DNA from: Thermodesulfobacteriota bacterium | GTDB lineage: Bacteria > Desulfobacterota_D > UBA1144 | Length of the DNA: 22,088 nucleotides | Direction: 5' to 3' | Assembly (NCBI GenBank): GCA_029246845.1 | Contig: JAQWMJ010000016.1 | Span: forward strand, 1-22,088 | Translations under genes and position numbers: made by a program | Shown: positions 1-7,747 of the stretch, piece after piece | Position numbering within the stretch: position 1 is the stretch's first letter | Layout of the letters: each line of letters begins with the position of its first letter | Notes under the pieces: generated by a model | The model's database searches: none | The model's input: only the letters and a program-made list of their open reading frames with translations | What the model was told of the DNA's origin: nothing

Positions 1-12
1 TGGAAAAAATAA

Positions 13-534
13 TTACCACTCAGACTTAAAACATGAACTAACAGATTTTGTTTTATGATAATAATCTCTTGCAGCGCGTCTACTAAACGAGCTGCTGATA
101 CCTGAACCGCGATATCCACGTCTTGCTCCACCACTCGCCAAGGCTATAATCGGTAAAAACATTATGTAGAGTAGGGCTTTTGCAGTAAAAGTAAGAATTT
201 TTTCTATCTTATACTTAACTTTAGAATGTTTTCCTGAAGGGTCAGTATAAATTCTAGTTTCATTATTGATACTAATAAACTCAGGCTCCTTTAGGTTTCC
301 TATTTCTCTGGGTTCTTTAAGTATCTCAAAAGATGTAATTGAAGAGAATATAAACTTTCTATCGGCCTCCATAGTATGGCAATATGCCTCTAAATAATCA
401 TTATAATTGAATTCTAAAGCTTTAATTGGAGAGACTATTCTTATAGTTTTATCCCCCTTCTTGTCTGTGTACCAAATTTTCACTTTATATGAGGAATTTG
501 CAATCTTTTTGAAACTTTCCCATGAAATAGACAT
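13..534 (-). CDS. WYL-domain protein without an HTH, with a C-terminal transmembrane helix and a basic Arg/Gly/Ser tail
   Basis: N-terminal VKIWYTDKKGDKTIRIVSP...DYLEAYCHTMEADRKFIFSSI fits the WYL pattern (IxY...RxVxP...YLxAYC...RxF...I). Hydrophobic segment ILTFTAKALLYIMFLPIIALA is followed by GGARRGYRGSG. Confidence 0.75.
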   Translation of the reverse strand: MSISWESFKKIANSSYKVKIWYTDKKGDKTIRIVSPIKALEFNYNDYLEAYCHTMEADRKFIFSSITSFEILKEPREIGNLKEPEFISINNETRIYTDPSGKHSKVKYKIEKILTFTAKALLYIMFLPIIALASGGARRGYRGSGISSSFSRRAARDYYHKTKSVSSCFKSEW

Positions 535-540
535 AAATAT

Positions 541-549
541 ACTTTAACA
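541..549 (-). promoter_or_regulatory. Extended -10 element (TGtTAAAGT) 6 nt before the WYL gene ATG; probable leaderless transcript
   Basis: Minus strand reads TGT-TAAAGT-ATATTT-ATG, with no Shine-Dalgarno. Confidence 0.5.
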
Positions 550-577
550 TATTAAACAATAGGATTTTATTGGGGCA

Positions 578-997
578 ATGAGCACATTACATATTAATAA
601 TTCAGATGAGGTAATAGATTTGGCTAATAAATTATCATCAGAGGGTAGGATTCACGAGCTAAGGGAACTATTTAAGGATATAAATGAAGAAATCAATAGG
701 TTTCCTTTAGATGAGAGGAGCAAAGATAATCAGTTATCTTTGCTCAAAAGTAAATATGAAGTTGAGTCATTAATTAAAAGACATATAGTTTTTAAGTCAG
801 AGAAAAGTGAGAAATCAGCTAAAGATGGAACCCTTAATGAAGATGCAAGGATAGTAAAATTATTAACTAATAAAGATAATTTCTTTATTATCTGCGTTAT
901 TGTTTCTGTCTTAAGCGCTATAGGCTTCTTTAAATTTGGATGGAACTTTTTGTTTGCCTTCATTCCACTCATCTTTTTTAAAAAATGGAAAAAATAA
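578..997 (+). CDS. Hypothetical membrane protein with a charged helical N-terminus and two C-terminal TM helices
   Basis: 139-aa ORF; C-terminal FFIICVIVSVLSAIGFF and WNFLFAFIPLIFF followed by KKWKK. Confidence 0.65.
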   Translation: MSTLHINNSDEVIDLANKLSSEGRIHELRELFKDINEEINRFPLDERSKDNQLSLLKSKYEVESLIKRHIVFKSEKSEKSAKDGTLNEDARIVKLLTNKDNFFIICVIVSVLSAIGFFKFGWNFLFAFIPLIFFKKWKK

Positions 998-1036
998 TAT
1001 TTTATGTTTTTATAAATATTAAAAATTATTCCACAA

Positions 1037-1045
1037 TGTTACAAT
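1037..1045 (+). promoter_or_regulatory. Extended -10 element (TGtTACAAT) 5 nt before ATG 1051 of the Dam-family MTase
   Basis: Sequence reads TG-T-TACAAT-CAATT-ATG. Confidence 0.5.
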
Positions 1046-1050
1046 CAATT

Positions 1051-2028
1051 ATGATCAAACCTTTTATTAAATATCCTGGTGGAAAGAAAAAAATTTCTGA
1101 AGAATTAAGAAGTCATTTCCCACAAAATTTTAATTCATACTTTGAGCCTTTCATCGGGGGAGGTGCGATTTTTTTTCTTGTAGCCTATAAAGAAAAAGAA
1201 GAATTTAAATGTAACAACTTTTATATTAATGATATTAATACTAATATTTCAAGTGCTTATAAAAACATTAGAGATAATTGTACTGAAGTAATTAACAATC
1301 TTGATATATATAGCAAGGAATATTCAAACTATAATGAAGATGGAAAAAGGAGATATTATAATTTTCGCAGAAGAAAGTTTAATAAATTAATTGGGTTGAA
1401 GACAAAGGTGAAAGACCGATGGAACGATAAAAAGGGAATATCTGAAAAAAGGTACTATGTTATTAAACCTGAGAATTCAATTAATACTAAGAAGGATTAT
1501 GGACCTAAAAATACTTCTTTACTCATATTTTTAAATAAAACTTGTTTTAATGGAGTCTATAGAGAAAATAGTTATGGCGGGTTCAATGTTCCTCATGGAA
1601 AATTCAGAAATATACCAAGGATACTTAATTCAGAGGATTTAAGACAAGTTTCAATTGCTTTAAAAGATGTAGAAATAACAAATACTGATTTCTCCAAGGC
1701 AATAAATAAATCTAAGGAGGGTGACTTTCTTTATTTGGATCCTCCATATGAGCCTATATCTAAGACTTCTAGCTTTACTATGTACGATAAATCTGGATTT
1801 AATAAAACTAGTCAGGAAAGATTAAAAAATGAACTAATAAAGTTAAACGAAAAGGGCTGCAAGTTTCTTCTAAGTAATTCAGATAATGGATTTATTAGGG
1901 AATTATATAGAGATGAAATTGAAAAAAAAAAGTTCTTTTTAAATACTATTAAAGTTCCTAGAATGGTTAATTCTAAGGGAGAAAGAAGAGGGGAAGTAGA
2001 CGAGATAATAATCAAAAACTATAAATGA
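1051..2028 (+). CDS. Dam/DpnM-family (alpha-class) N6-adenine DNA methyltransferase, probably GATC-specific
   Basis: Motifs KPFIKYPGGK, YFEPFIGGGA (motif I), INDIN, FLNKTCFNGVYREN..GGFNVPHG, YLDPPY (motif IV), LLSNSD and terminal EIIIKNY. The ORF track starts at 985; ATG 1051 is preferred from the family N-terminus and the upstream -10. Confidence 0.92.
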   Translation: MIKPFIKYPGGKKKISEELRSHFPQNFNSYFEPFIGGGAIFFLVAYKEKEEFKCNNFYINDINTNISSAYKNIRDNCTEVINNLDIYSKEYSNYNEDGKRRYYNFRRRKFNKLIGLKTKVKDRWNDKKGISEKRYYVIKPENSINTKKDYGPKNTSLLIFLNKTCFNGVYRENSYGGFNVPHGKFRNIPRILNSEDLRQVSIALKDVEITNTDFSKAINKSKEGDFLYLDPPYEPISKTSSFTMYDKSGFNKTSQERLKNELIKLNEKGCKFLLSNSDNGFIRELYRDEIEKKKFFLNTIKVPRMVNSKGERRGEVDEIIIKNYK

Positions 2029-2034
2029 TATATT

Positions 2035-2805
2035 ATGAAATTAAACGATAACCTTAGTGAATATAAACTATCCTATAAATCCAAGCTAATTTTGGGGGAT
2101 TCTTTGCACGTTATGTCAAAGATGAGGGATAATACATACGATTTAATAGTTGCAGACCCACCATATTTTCTTTCTAATAATGGAATAACATGCAATTCAG
2201 GAAAGATGGTTAGTGTTAACAAGGGAAGCTGGGATAAAGAAAGCAGCAATAGTTATTTTTTTAATGAATATTGGATTGGAGAATGTAAAAGAATTTTAAA
2301 AGAAGGGGGCGCAATGTGGATATTTGGGACAATGCATAATATCTACGATATTGGCTCAATTATAAAAAATACAAAGGGTTTAAAAATTTTAAATAACATT
2401 ACATGGGTCAAAAAAGCTCCACCTCCAAATTTGTCTTGCAGGTACTTTACACATTCCACAGAAACAATTTTATGGGTTAGAAAAGGGGTTAAATCAAAAC
2501 ATTATTTTAATTATGAGTTAATGAAAAGTTTCAATGATAATAAACAAATGAAAGATGTATGGGTTCTAGGAAGACCACTAAAGAAAGAAAAGGAATTTGG
2601 AAAGCATCCAACACAGAAACCGGAAGAATTAATTACAAGAATAATACAATCATCTACAAAAAAATATGACTCTGTATTGGATCCATTTTGTGGCTCTGGA
2701 ACTGTAGGAGCAGTTTGCGCGAAAGAATATAGGAAATTTACTGGTATAGATAATGACTCAAAATTTATTAATTTATCAAAAAAAAGGCTTAAAAAATTAC
2801 TTTGA
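2035..2805 (+). CDS. DpnA-like (beta-class) amino-methyltransferase, second MTase of a DpnII-type pair
   Basis: ADPPYFLSNNGITCNSGKMVSVNKGSWDK, LNNITWVK..PPPNLSCRYFTHSTETILW, KQMKDVW, HPTQKP and LDPFCGSGT, in beta-class motif order and resembling DpnA. Confidence 0.92.
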   Translation: MKLNDNLSEYKLSYKSKLILGDSLHVMSKMRDNTYDLIVADPPYFLSNNGITCNSGKMVSVNKGSWDKESSNSYFFNEYWIGECKRILKEGGAMWIFGTMHNIYDIGSIIKNTKGLKILNNITWVKKAPPPNLSCRYFTHSTETILWVRKGVKSKHYFNYELMKSFNDNKQMKDVWVLGRPLKKEKEFGKHPTQKPEELITRIIQSSTKKYDSVLDPFCGSGTVGAVCAKEYRKFTGIDNDSKFINLSKKRLKKLL

Positions 2806-3504
2806 TTAGTCTTGTTGCGAATCTTCCCAGATTCTAATTAGTTTTTCAATACCCTTTCTATGAAAATAAAAAGCATGATTTTTATTTGATATATATTTCC
2901 CTAATAATTTACTATAAATTGGGTGATAATTTCCCTTTGAATCTTTACTATCTTTTGAACGGATTTGTATAAATTCCCCGTTACTTGTATGAATAAAGCC
3001 ATCAGAAGAATTCTTAATATCGTTTCGTATCTTAGAGCAAATAGTGTAATAGTCTTTTTCAAATTCTTTATAAAGTGGCTTATTTTTTTTATAAGAGAAT
3101 TTAAATAAATATTTGAATGACCAGTCTTTAATATCGCTTGATTCTTTACATACTCCCATCACCATAAAATTTTCAATTTTTTTAAAGAGATTTGAATCAA
3201 AAAAATTTTGTGGCTTATCAGAAATTAACTCATCAATAATACTTTTTATCATTATAATAGCTAGAGGTTCGGAAGGCTTACCACTTCTGTCACATTTATT
3301 AGTTTTTAGCTCTCCATCTTGAAAGTCTTTGGTTGTTCGTGATGGTGGTAAACCTAAAAAGGCCTCAATCATTTGACCTAAACCACCTTTATTTATTTTG
3401 GCCTCTCTAATTCTAAAAGAACTATTAGTAGGGTTTATAAGATCTCTAACAGACTTATTCTGAATTTTTTTTAATTTTATAAAAGCCTCATCAAAAGTAA
3501 TCAT
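2806..3504 (-). CDS. MutH/Sau3AI-family PD-(D/E)XK endonuclease, single domain
   Basis: NKGGLGQMIEAFLG, KDFQDGELKT (D..ExK), GKPSE, NGEFIQIRSK and HAFYF match MutH motifs (DKGW..E..LG, DF..ELKT, HGEYLQIRPK, RGFYL). At 232 aa it is MutH-sized. Confidence 0.82.
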   Translation of the reverse strand: MITFDEAFIKLKKIQNKSVRDLINPTNSSFRIREAKINKGGLGQMIEAFLGLPPSRTTKDFQDGELKTNKCDRSGKPSEPLAIIMIKSIIDELISDKPQNFFDSNLFKKIENFMVMGVCKESSDIKDWSFKYLFKFSYKKNKPLYKEFEKDYYTICSKIRNDIKNSSDGFIHTSNGEFIQIRSKDSKDSKGNYHPIYSKLLGKYISNKNHAFYFHRKGIEKLIRIWEDSQQD

Positions 3505-3522
3505 ATTCCGACCATTTTAGAT

Positions 3523-3978
3523 TTATAGAAAATAGTAATCTCTAACTAGTTTGGCCATCTCCTTGTAAAATATCTTACGTTTTTTATCTTTTTCAAGATA
3601 TTTAAGATTGAGCTCTTTTTTTTTCTTAATATATTCAGAAAAATTATTAGCGCTTAACTCTTGTCTTAATTGCTCAATCCTGATTAATGCAAAAGTAAAC
3701 TCATCTTTTAAATCGCTATCCTTCATAACAAATAGCGTTTGTTTAAGATCTCCTTTCTTAATTTTTGTTCGATTTTTTATTAAATTCAAAAGAAATTTAG
3801 CTTGAGTCTGTTCATCTTTCTTCTTAGTATCATTATTTAGGACTTCCTTTTTTCGTTCCTCAGCCTTTTTCTTAGCTTTATTTGATGTGCCATGATGTTT
3901 TATCCCAGAACTTTTTAATTTTTCAGACATTTCCTTTTTGTTACCTTTAAAATTTGTCCAATAGGTATTTTGTCCCAT
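3523..3978 (-). CDS. Lys-rich hypothetical protein
   Basis: Long ORF with no recognisable motif. ATG 3978 is preferred over GTG 3984 because TGaTAAAAT lies 6 nt upstream. Confidence 0.6.
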   Translation of the reverse strand: MGQNTYWTNFKGNKKEMSEKLKSSGIKHHGTSNKAKKKAEERKKEVLNNDTKKKDEQTQAKFLLNLIKNRTKIKKGDLKQTLFVMKDSDLKDEFTFALIRIEQLRQELSANNFSEYIKKKKELNLKYLEKDKKRKIFYKEMAKLVRDYYFL

Positions 3979-4073
3979 GCTCACATTTTATCATTTTGAG
4001 CCATGGAATCTCAATGTTAAAAATTAAAATACTTATAAAAGCAAAACCCTTAATTCCTAAGACACCAGAATAA

Positions 4074-4101
4074 AGTTTACATAAGATATATTTTGCGTGA
4101 A
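4074..4101 (-). other. dif-like XerC/XerD recombination site
   Basis: Minus strand TTCACGCAAAA-TATATC-TTATGTAAACT has the 11-6-11 layout. The right arm matches the XerD/RipX arm as recalled for B. subtilis dif. The left arm shares CGCA.AA with the E. coli XerC arm GGTGCGCATAA. It lies in the longest intergenic gap of the window. Confidence 0.7.
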
Positions 4102-4277
4102 AAAAGTCATGCAGCTTCTTCATTTTTATTTATAGGTAATATATCACTAAGACACACCTGAGTTGATACTTGCTGAGAAGAAAGATTAAACTAAGTCGGT
4201 CCTTTTTGACAAATTTTGCCCATTTAAGGGTATTTAGTTGTATTTAATTCAAATGAAGTTAGTATGAATCAACTATT

Positions 4278-6101
4278 ATGTCAAAAAATATAAGAAACAT
4301 AGCGATTATTGCCCATGTAGATCATGGAAAAACAACACTCACGGACCAATTACTGAAACAATGCGACAGTGGTCTTATGAAAGAATCAGATAAAGATTCT
4401 GAATTACTCATGGACACAGGTGAACTTGAAAAAGAAAGAGGTATAACAATACTTGCGAAACCAACGTCTGTTCAGTATAAGGACACTAGAATAAACATAA
4501 TAGATACTCCAGGCCATGCTGATTTTGGTGGAGAGGTAGAAAGAGTCCTTGATATGGCAGATGGTGTACTATTGTTGATTGACTCGGCAGAAGGACCAAT
4601 GCCTCAGACTAAATTCGTACTAGGTAAGGCACTAGCACAAGGCTTGAATCCAATAGTTATAATTAACAAAATAGATAGGTCTGATTCGAGGCCGGACGAT
4701 GTTTTAAACGAAGTGTTTGATTTATTTGTAGCCTTAGATGCAAACGATGAACAGTTAGATTTTCCTGTTTTGTATGCAGTAGGTAGAGATGGATGGTGTG
4801 CAAAAGAGTTAGATGATCCTAGAGAAAATGTAAAACCCTTACTTGATTTAATATTATCACATGTCCCTACTCCCAAGGTTTATATTGATAAACCATTTGC
4901 AATGCTTGCAACATTACTAGATTCGGACCCTTACCTTGGAAGATGTTTGGTTGGAAGAGTTATACAAGGGTCAGCAAATGTTAATGAAACTGTTAAGGCA
5001 ATCAATCTAAATGGCGAAATAATTGAATCAGGCAGGCTTACAAAGCTTCTTAGGTTTGACGGTATGGCTAAAGTTGCAGTAGACAGAGTCAGTGCTGGCG
5101 AAATAATATGTATAGCTGGCCTAAACAAAGCAACTGTTTCTGACACCATTTGTCTTCCCTCTGTAACTGAACCATTAAAATCAACACCAATAGACCCCCC
5201 TACTATGTCCATAACAATTTCCGTAAATGATTCACCCCTTGCGGGACTCGAGGGCAAGAAGGTGACTTCAACCTTAATAAGAGAAAGGCTGCTAGCTGAA
5301 GCTGAAACTAATGTTGCTATAAGTTTCACTGAAAATCCGAATAAGGATGCTTTTGAAATTAGTGGACGAGGTGAACTACAACTTGGAGTATTAATCGAAC
5401 AAATGAGACGCGAAGGGTTTGAGCTCACTATAGGAAGACCTAGAGTATTATTTAAAGAAGATGAAAATGGTAAGCGCACCGAGCCTATTGAGGAAGTAAT
5501 AATTGACGTTGATGAGGAATATTCTAGCTCTGTTGTCGATGGAATGAATAGAAGAAAAGCAGAGATGGTTGATATGAGAACTGCTGGGGCAGGTAAAACA
5601 AGGTTAATATTCCATGCACCATCAAGAGGGCTCATTGGGTATCAAGGCAAGCTTTTAACTGAAACAAGAGGAACTGCTGTAATAAATAGACTTTTCCATT
5701 CCTATGATCGCTATAAAGGTGATATACAAAGCAGAAAAAATGGAGCCTTAGTCTCAGCTGAAACCGGGACTAGTGTTGCTTTTGCAATTTTTAAATTACA
5801 AGAAAGAGGATCAATGTTTATTGGCCCACAAACCAAAGTATATCAGGGCATGATTGTAGGACAGAACAATAGAGATAACGACTTAGATATAAATCTAATA
5901 AAAGGAAAGGCTCTAACGAACATGAGAGCTTCAGGTAGTGACAAGGCTGTCATTCTTACAACACCAAAATTAATGTCTCTCGAAGAAATAATGGCTTATA
6001 TTAAAGATGATGAGCTTATTGAAGTTACACCTCAGAATTTGAGACTTAGAAAGAAATTCCTATGTCCTAATGAAAGAAAAAGGAACTCAAAAAATATCTA
6101 G
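4278..6101 (+). CDS. typA: Translational GTPase TypA/BipA
   Basis: [73 protein letters not shown] and DDELIEVTP; 607 aa. Confidence 0.97.
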   Translation: MSKNIRNIAIIAHVDHGKTTLTDQLLKQCDSGLMKESDKDSELLMDTGELEKERGITILAKPTSVQYKDTRINIIDTPGHADFGGEVERVLDMADGVLLLIDSAEGPMPQTKFVLGKALAQGLNPIVIINKIDRSDSRPDDVLNEVFDLFVALDANDEQLDFPVLYAVGRDGWCAKELDDPRENVKPLLDLILSHVPTPKVYIDKPFAMLATLLDSDPYLGRCLVGRVIQGSANVNETVKAINLNGEIIESGRLTKLLRFDGMAKVAVDRVSAGEIICIAGLNKATVSDTICLPSVTEPLKSTPIDPPTMSITISVNDSPLAGLEGKKVTSTLIRERLLAEAETNVAISFTENPNKDAFEISGRGELQLGVLIEQMRREGFELTIGRPRVLFKEDENGKRTEPIEEVIIDVDEEYSSSVVDGMNRRKAEMVDMRTAGAGKTRLIFHAPSRGLIGYQGKLLTETRGTAVINRLFHSYDRYKGDIQSRKNGALVSAETGTSVAFAIFKLQERGSMFIGPQTKVYQGMIVGQNNRDNDLDINLIKGKALTNMRASGSDKAVILTTPKLMSLEEIMAYIKDDELIEVTPQNLRLRKKFLCPNERKRNSKNI

Positions 6102-6106
6102 CTAAA

Positions 6107-6538
6107 CTATATGTAATTTTTTATAAAATTCTCAACTTTAACCCTTATCTCATCTCTTATAGTTTTAATTTTCTCTAACTTAACTTGATCTGTCCCTTTA
6201 AGAACTGATGGATCGTCAATTGACCAGTAAATTTTTTTAGTTTCATATGGAACTATAGGACATTCATCGGCCTGAGATTCGGAACAAACAAAAATTATAA
6301 AATCAAACTTAGTTTGGGTTTCATAAATACTCTGGACTGATTTTGTCTCATTCTTAGAAATATCATATCCAGCATTTCGCATTGATATCACGACTAAAGG
6401 ATTTAATTTCCCAGGCCTTATTCCAGCACTTTTTGCACTTACCTTTGGTGATAAGGAATTAAGGTAAGCTTCTGCCATTTGGCTTCTAGCCGAGTTATGT
6501 ATACAAACACAAAGTATTTTAATTTTTTTGTCTTTCAA
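6107..6538 (-). CDS. arsC: Arsenate reductase, LMW-PTP/thioredoxin-coupled family
   Basis: P-loop CIHNSARSQMAEA (CX5R), SAG, resolving cysteines VCSESQADECP and WSIDDPS. TTG start. Confidence 0.88.
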   Translation of the reverse strand: MKDKKIKILCVCIHNSARSQMAEAYLNSLSPKVSAKSAGIRPGKLNPLVVISMRNAGYDISKNETKSVQSIYETQTKFDFIIFVCSESQADECPIVPYETKKIYWSIDDPSVLKGTDQVKLEKIKTIRDEIRVKVENFIKNYI

Positions 6539-6645
6539 TCTAGTACCTACTTGATTACCATTCTTAATATAAAAATAAGAATTTTCTATAAATTATTTAA
6601 AAAGGTTTACGATTTGAATTAATTCTCCTATATTATAAAGAAATT

Positions 6646-7146
6646 ATGAAATTTTTAAATATTATTCGTCATAGTGAATCAGAAACAAATTCAAAAGATG
6701 ACTTTCTAAGAACTCTTAATGACGAAGGGATTAAGGATGCTATAAATTTAGATAATTATTTAATTCAGTATAACTTTAAAAAACACAAGATAATTTGTTC
6801 TACATCGAAGAGAACAAGGGAAACATTAGGTTACCTTCAAAACTCTTTGAACCCGGAGAGTAAAGTTATATTTTCTCAAGATGCATATCTTGGTACCTTT
6901 AAAAAGTTACTTAAAGAGATAACTTTAGAGGCTAAGAATACAAGGACAATTACTTTGATAGGTCACAATCCAGGTCTTAGTGATCTACTATCCTATCTTA
7001 TAGGAAATTATGACATGAGAGACATGGGGACAACTAGTATTGCATCTCTATCTTTCTACAACCAAGGACAAGATATAACTTATGAGGGAACTGCTAAACT
7101 AGACTTTTTTGTTCAGTCTAAAAATAATATAATTATTGATTTATAA
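6646..7146 (+). CDS. sixA: SixA-type histidine phosphatase
   Basis: IIRHS, DFLRTL..G, CSTSKRTRET, LIGHNPGL; 166 aa. Confidence 0.85.
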   Translation: MKFLNIIRHSESETNSKDDFLRTLNDEGIKDAINLDNYLIQYNFKKHKIICSTSKRTRETLGYLQNSLNPESKVIFSQDAYLGTFKKLLKEITLEAKNTRTITLIGHNPGLSDLLSYLIGNYDMRDMGTTSIASLSFYNQGQDITYEGTAKLDFFVQSKNNIIIDL

Positions 7147-7153
7147 TGAAATT

Positions 7154-7468
7154 ATGTTTATTCCAATAATATCAGACCTTTTAAAAGTAAGAGTTAGAAG
7201 TAATAGGCTTCTTAAATATTTAACAATATATATCATCATATCTTCGTTATTTTTCTTATATAAAAGCATAATTCTTATTTATACTCTTAACGGTTTTTTA
7301 GTGTCCTTGGTAGCGTTGTTAATTTTTCCATTAACACTTATCTTCTACCCTCTTCTTCTGTGGCTGACTGATGATTATTCAATATTCTTTTCAAACCAAC
7401 TAATATACTTTTTTCTTCCTTTATTACTAAGATTTATAACTAGAAAGAGTAAAAGGAAATACTATTAG
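7154..7468 (+). CDS. Hypothetical membrane protein with about 3 TM helices
   Basis: Strongly hydrophobic ORF. ATG 7154 lies 6 nt after a perfect TATAAT (7142-7147); the ORF track gives 7136. Confidence 0.6.
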   Translation: MFIPIISDLLKVRVRSNRLLKYLTIYIIISSLFFLYKSIILIYTLNGFLVSLVALLIFPLTLIFYPLLLWLTDDYSIFFSNQLIYFFLPLLLRFITRKSKRKYY

Positions 7469-7747
7469 ATGTATAAAATCATTTTTTTATTTATCATTCT
7501 TACAAATAACTCTTTCTCTTATGTATTTAGAATGCCTCCTAAAAATCCGATACCAGAAAAGTTCGATCAATTTATTTTTGATAATTCATTAAAAACAGTG
7601 ATAATTGCCAATCTAAAAGAATTAAAAGCTATAAATAAAAACGAATGTAGCAATTTAGAATGTAAATATCTGTTTGTAAGTCCAAATATAGTGGAGATTC
7701 ATAAAGAAAAGATGATAAAGAAATTCACACTAAAAATAAAAAATTAA
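7469..7747 (+). CDS. Hypothetical exported protein
   Basis: Signal-peptide-like MYKIIFLFIILTNNSFS and a Cys pair CSNLEC. Starts immediately after the previous stop codon. Confidence 0.55.
   Translation: MYKIIFLFIILTNNSFSYVFRMPPKNPIPEKFDQFIFDNSLKTVIIANLKELKAINKNECSNLECKYLFVSPNIVEIHKEKMIKKFTLKIKN

Noticed and set aside
542..552. CTTTAACATAT, resembling a second XerD arm
   Set aside because: There is no XerC-like arm at the 6-bp spacing. It is better explained as the extended -10 of the WYL gene.
985..1050. N-terminal extension of the Dam-like MTase given by the ORF track
   Set aside because: It overlaps the upstream gene, precedes the family's conserved start, and contains the probable promoter.
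4057..4155. 9-bp direct repeat CTAAGACAC (4057-4065 and 4147-4155) bracketing the dif-like site
   Set aside because: Two short copies cannot be told apart from chance. It is not a CRISPR or iteron array. Worth revisiting only if relatives show a breakpoint here.
4206..4236. TTGACA at 4206-4211 as the typA -35
   Set aside because: There is no acceptable -10 at 16-18 bp spacing. TTGTAT-16-TAGTAT (4238-4265) is an alternative, but neither is strong enough to call.
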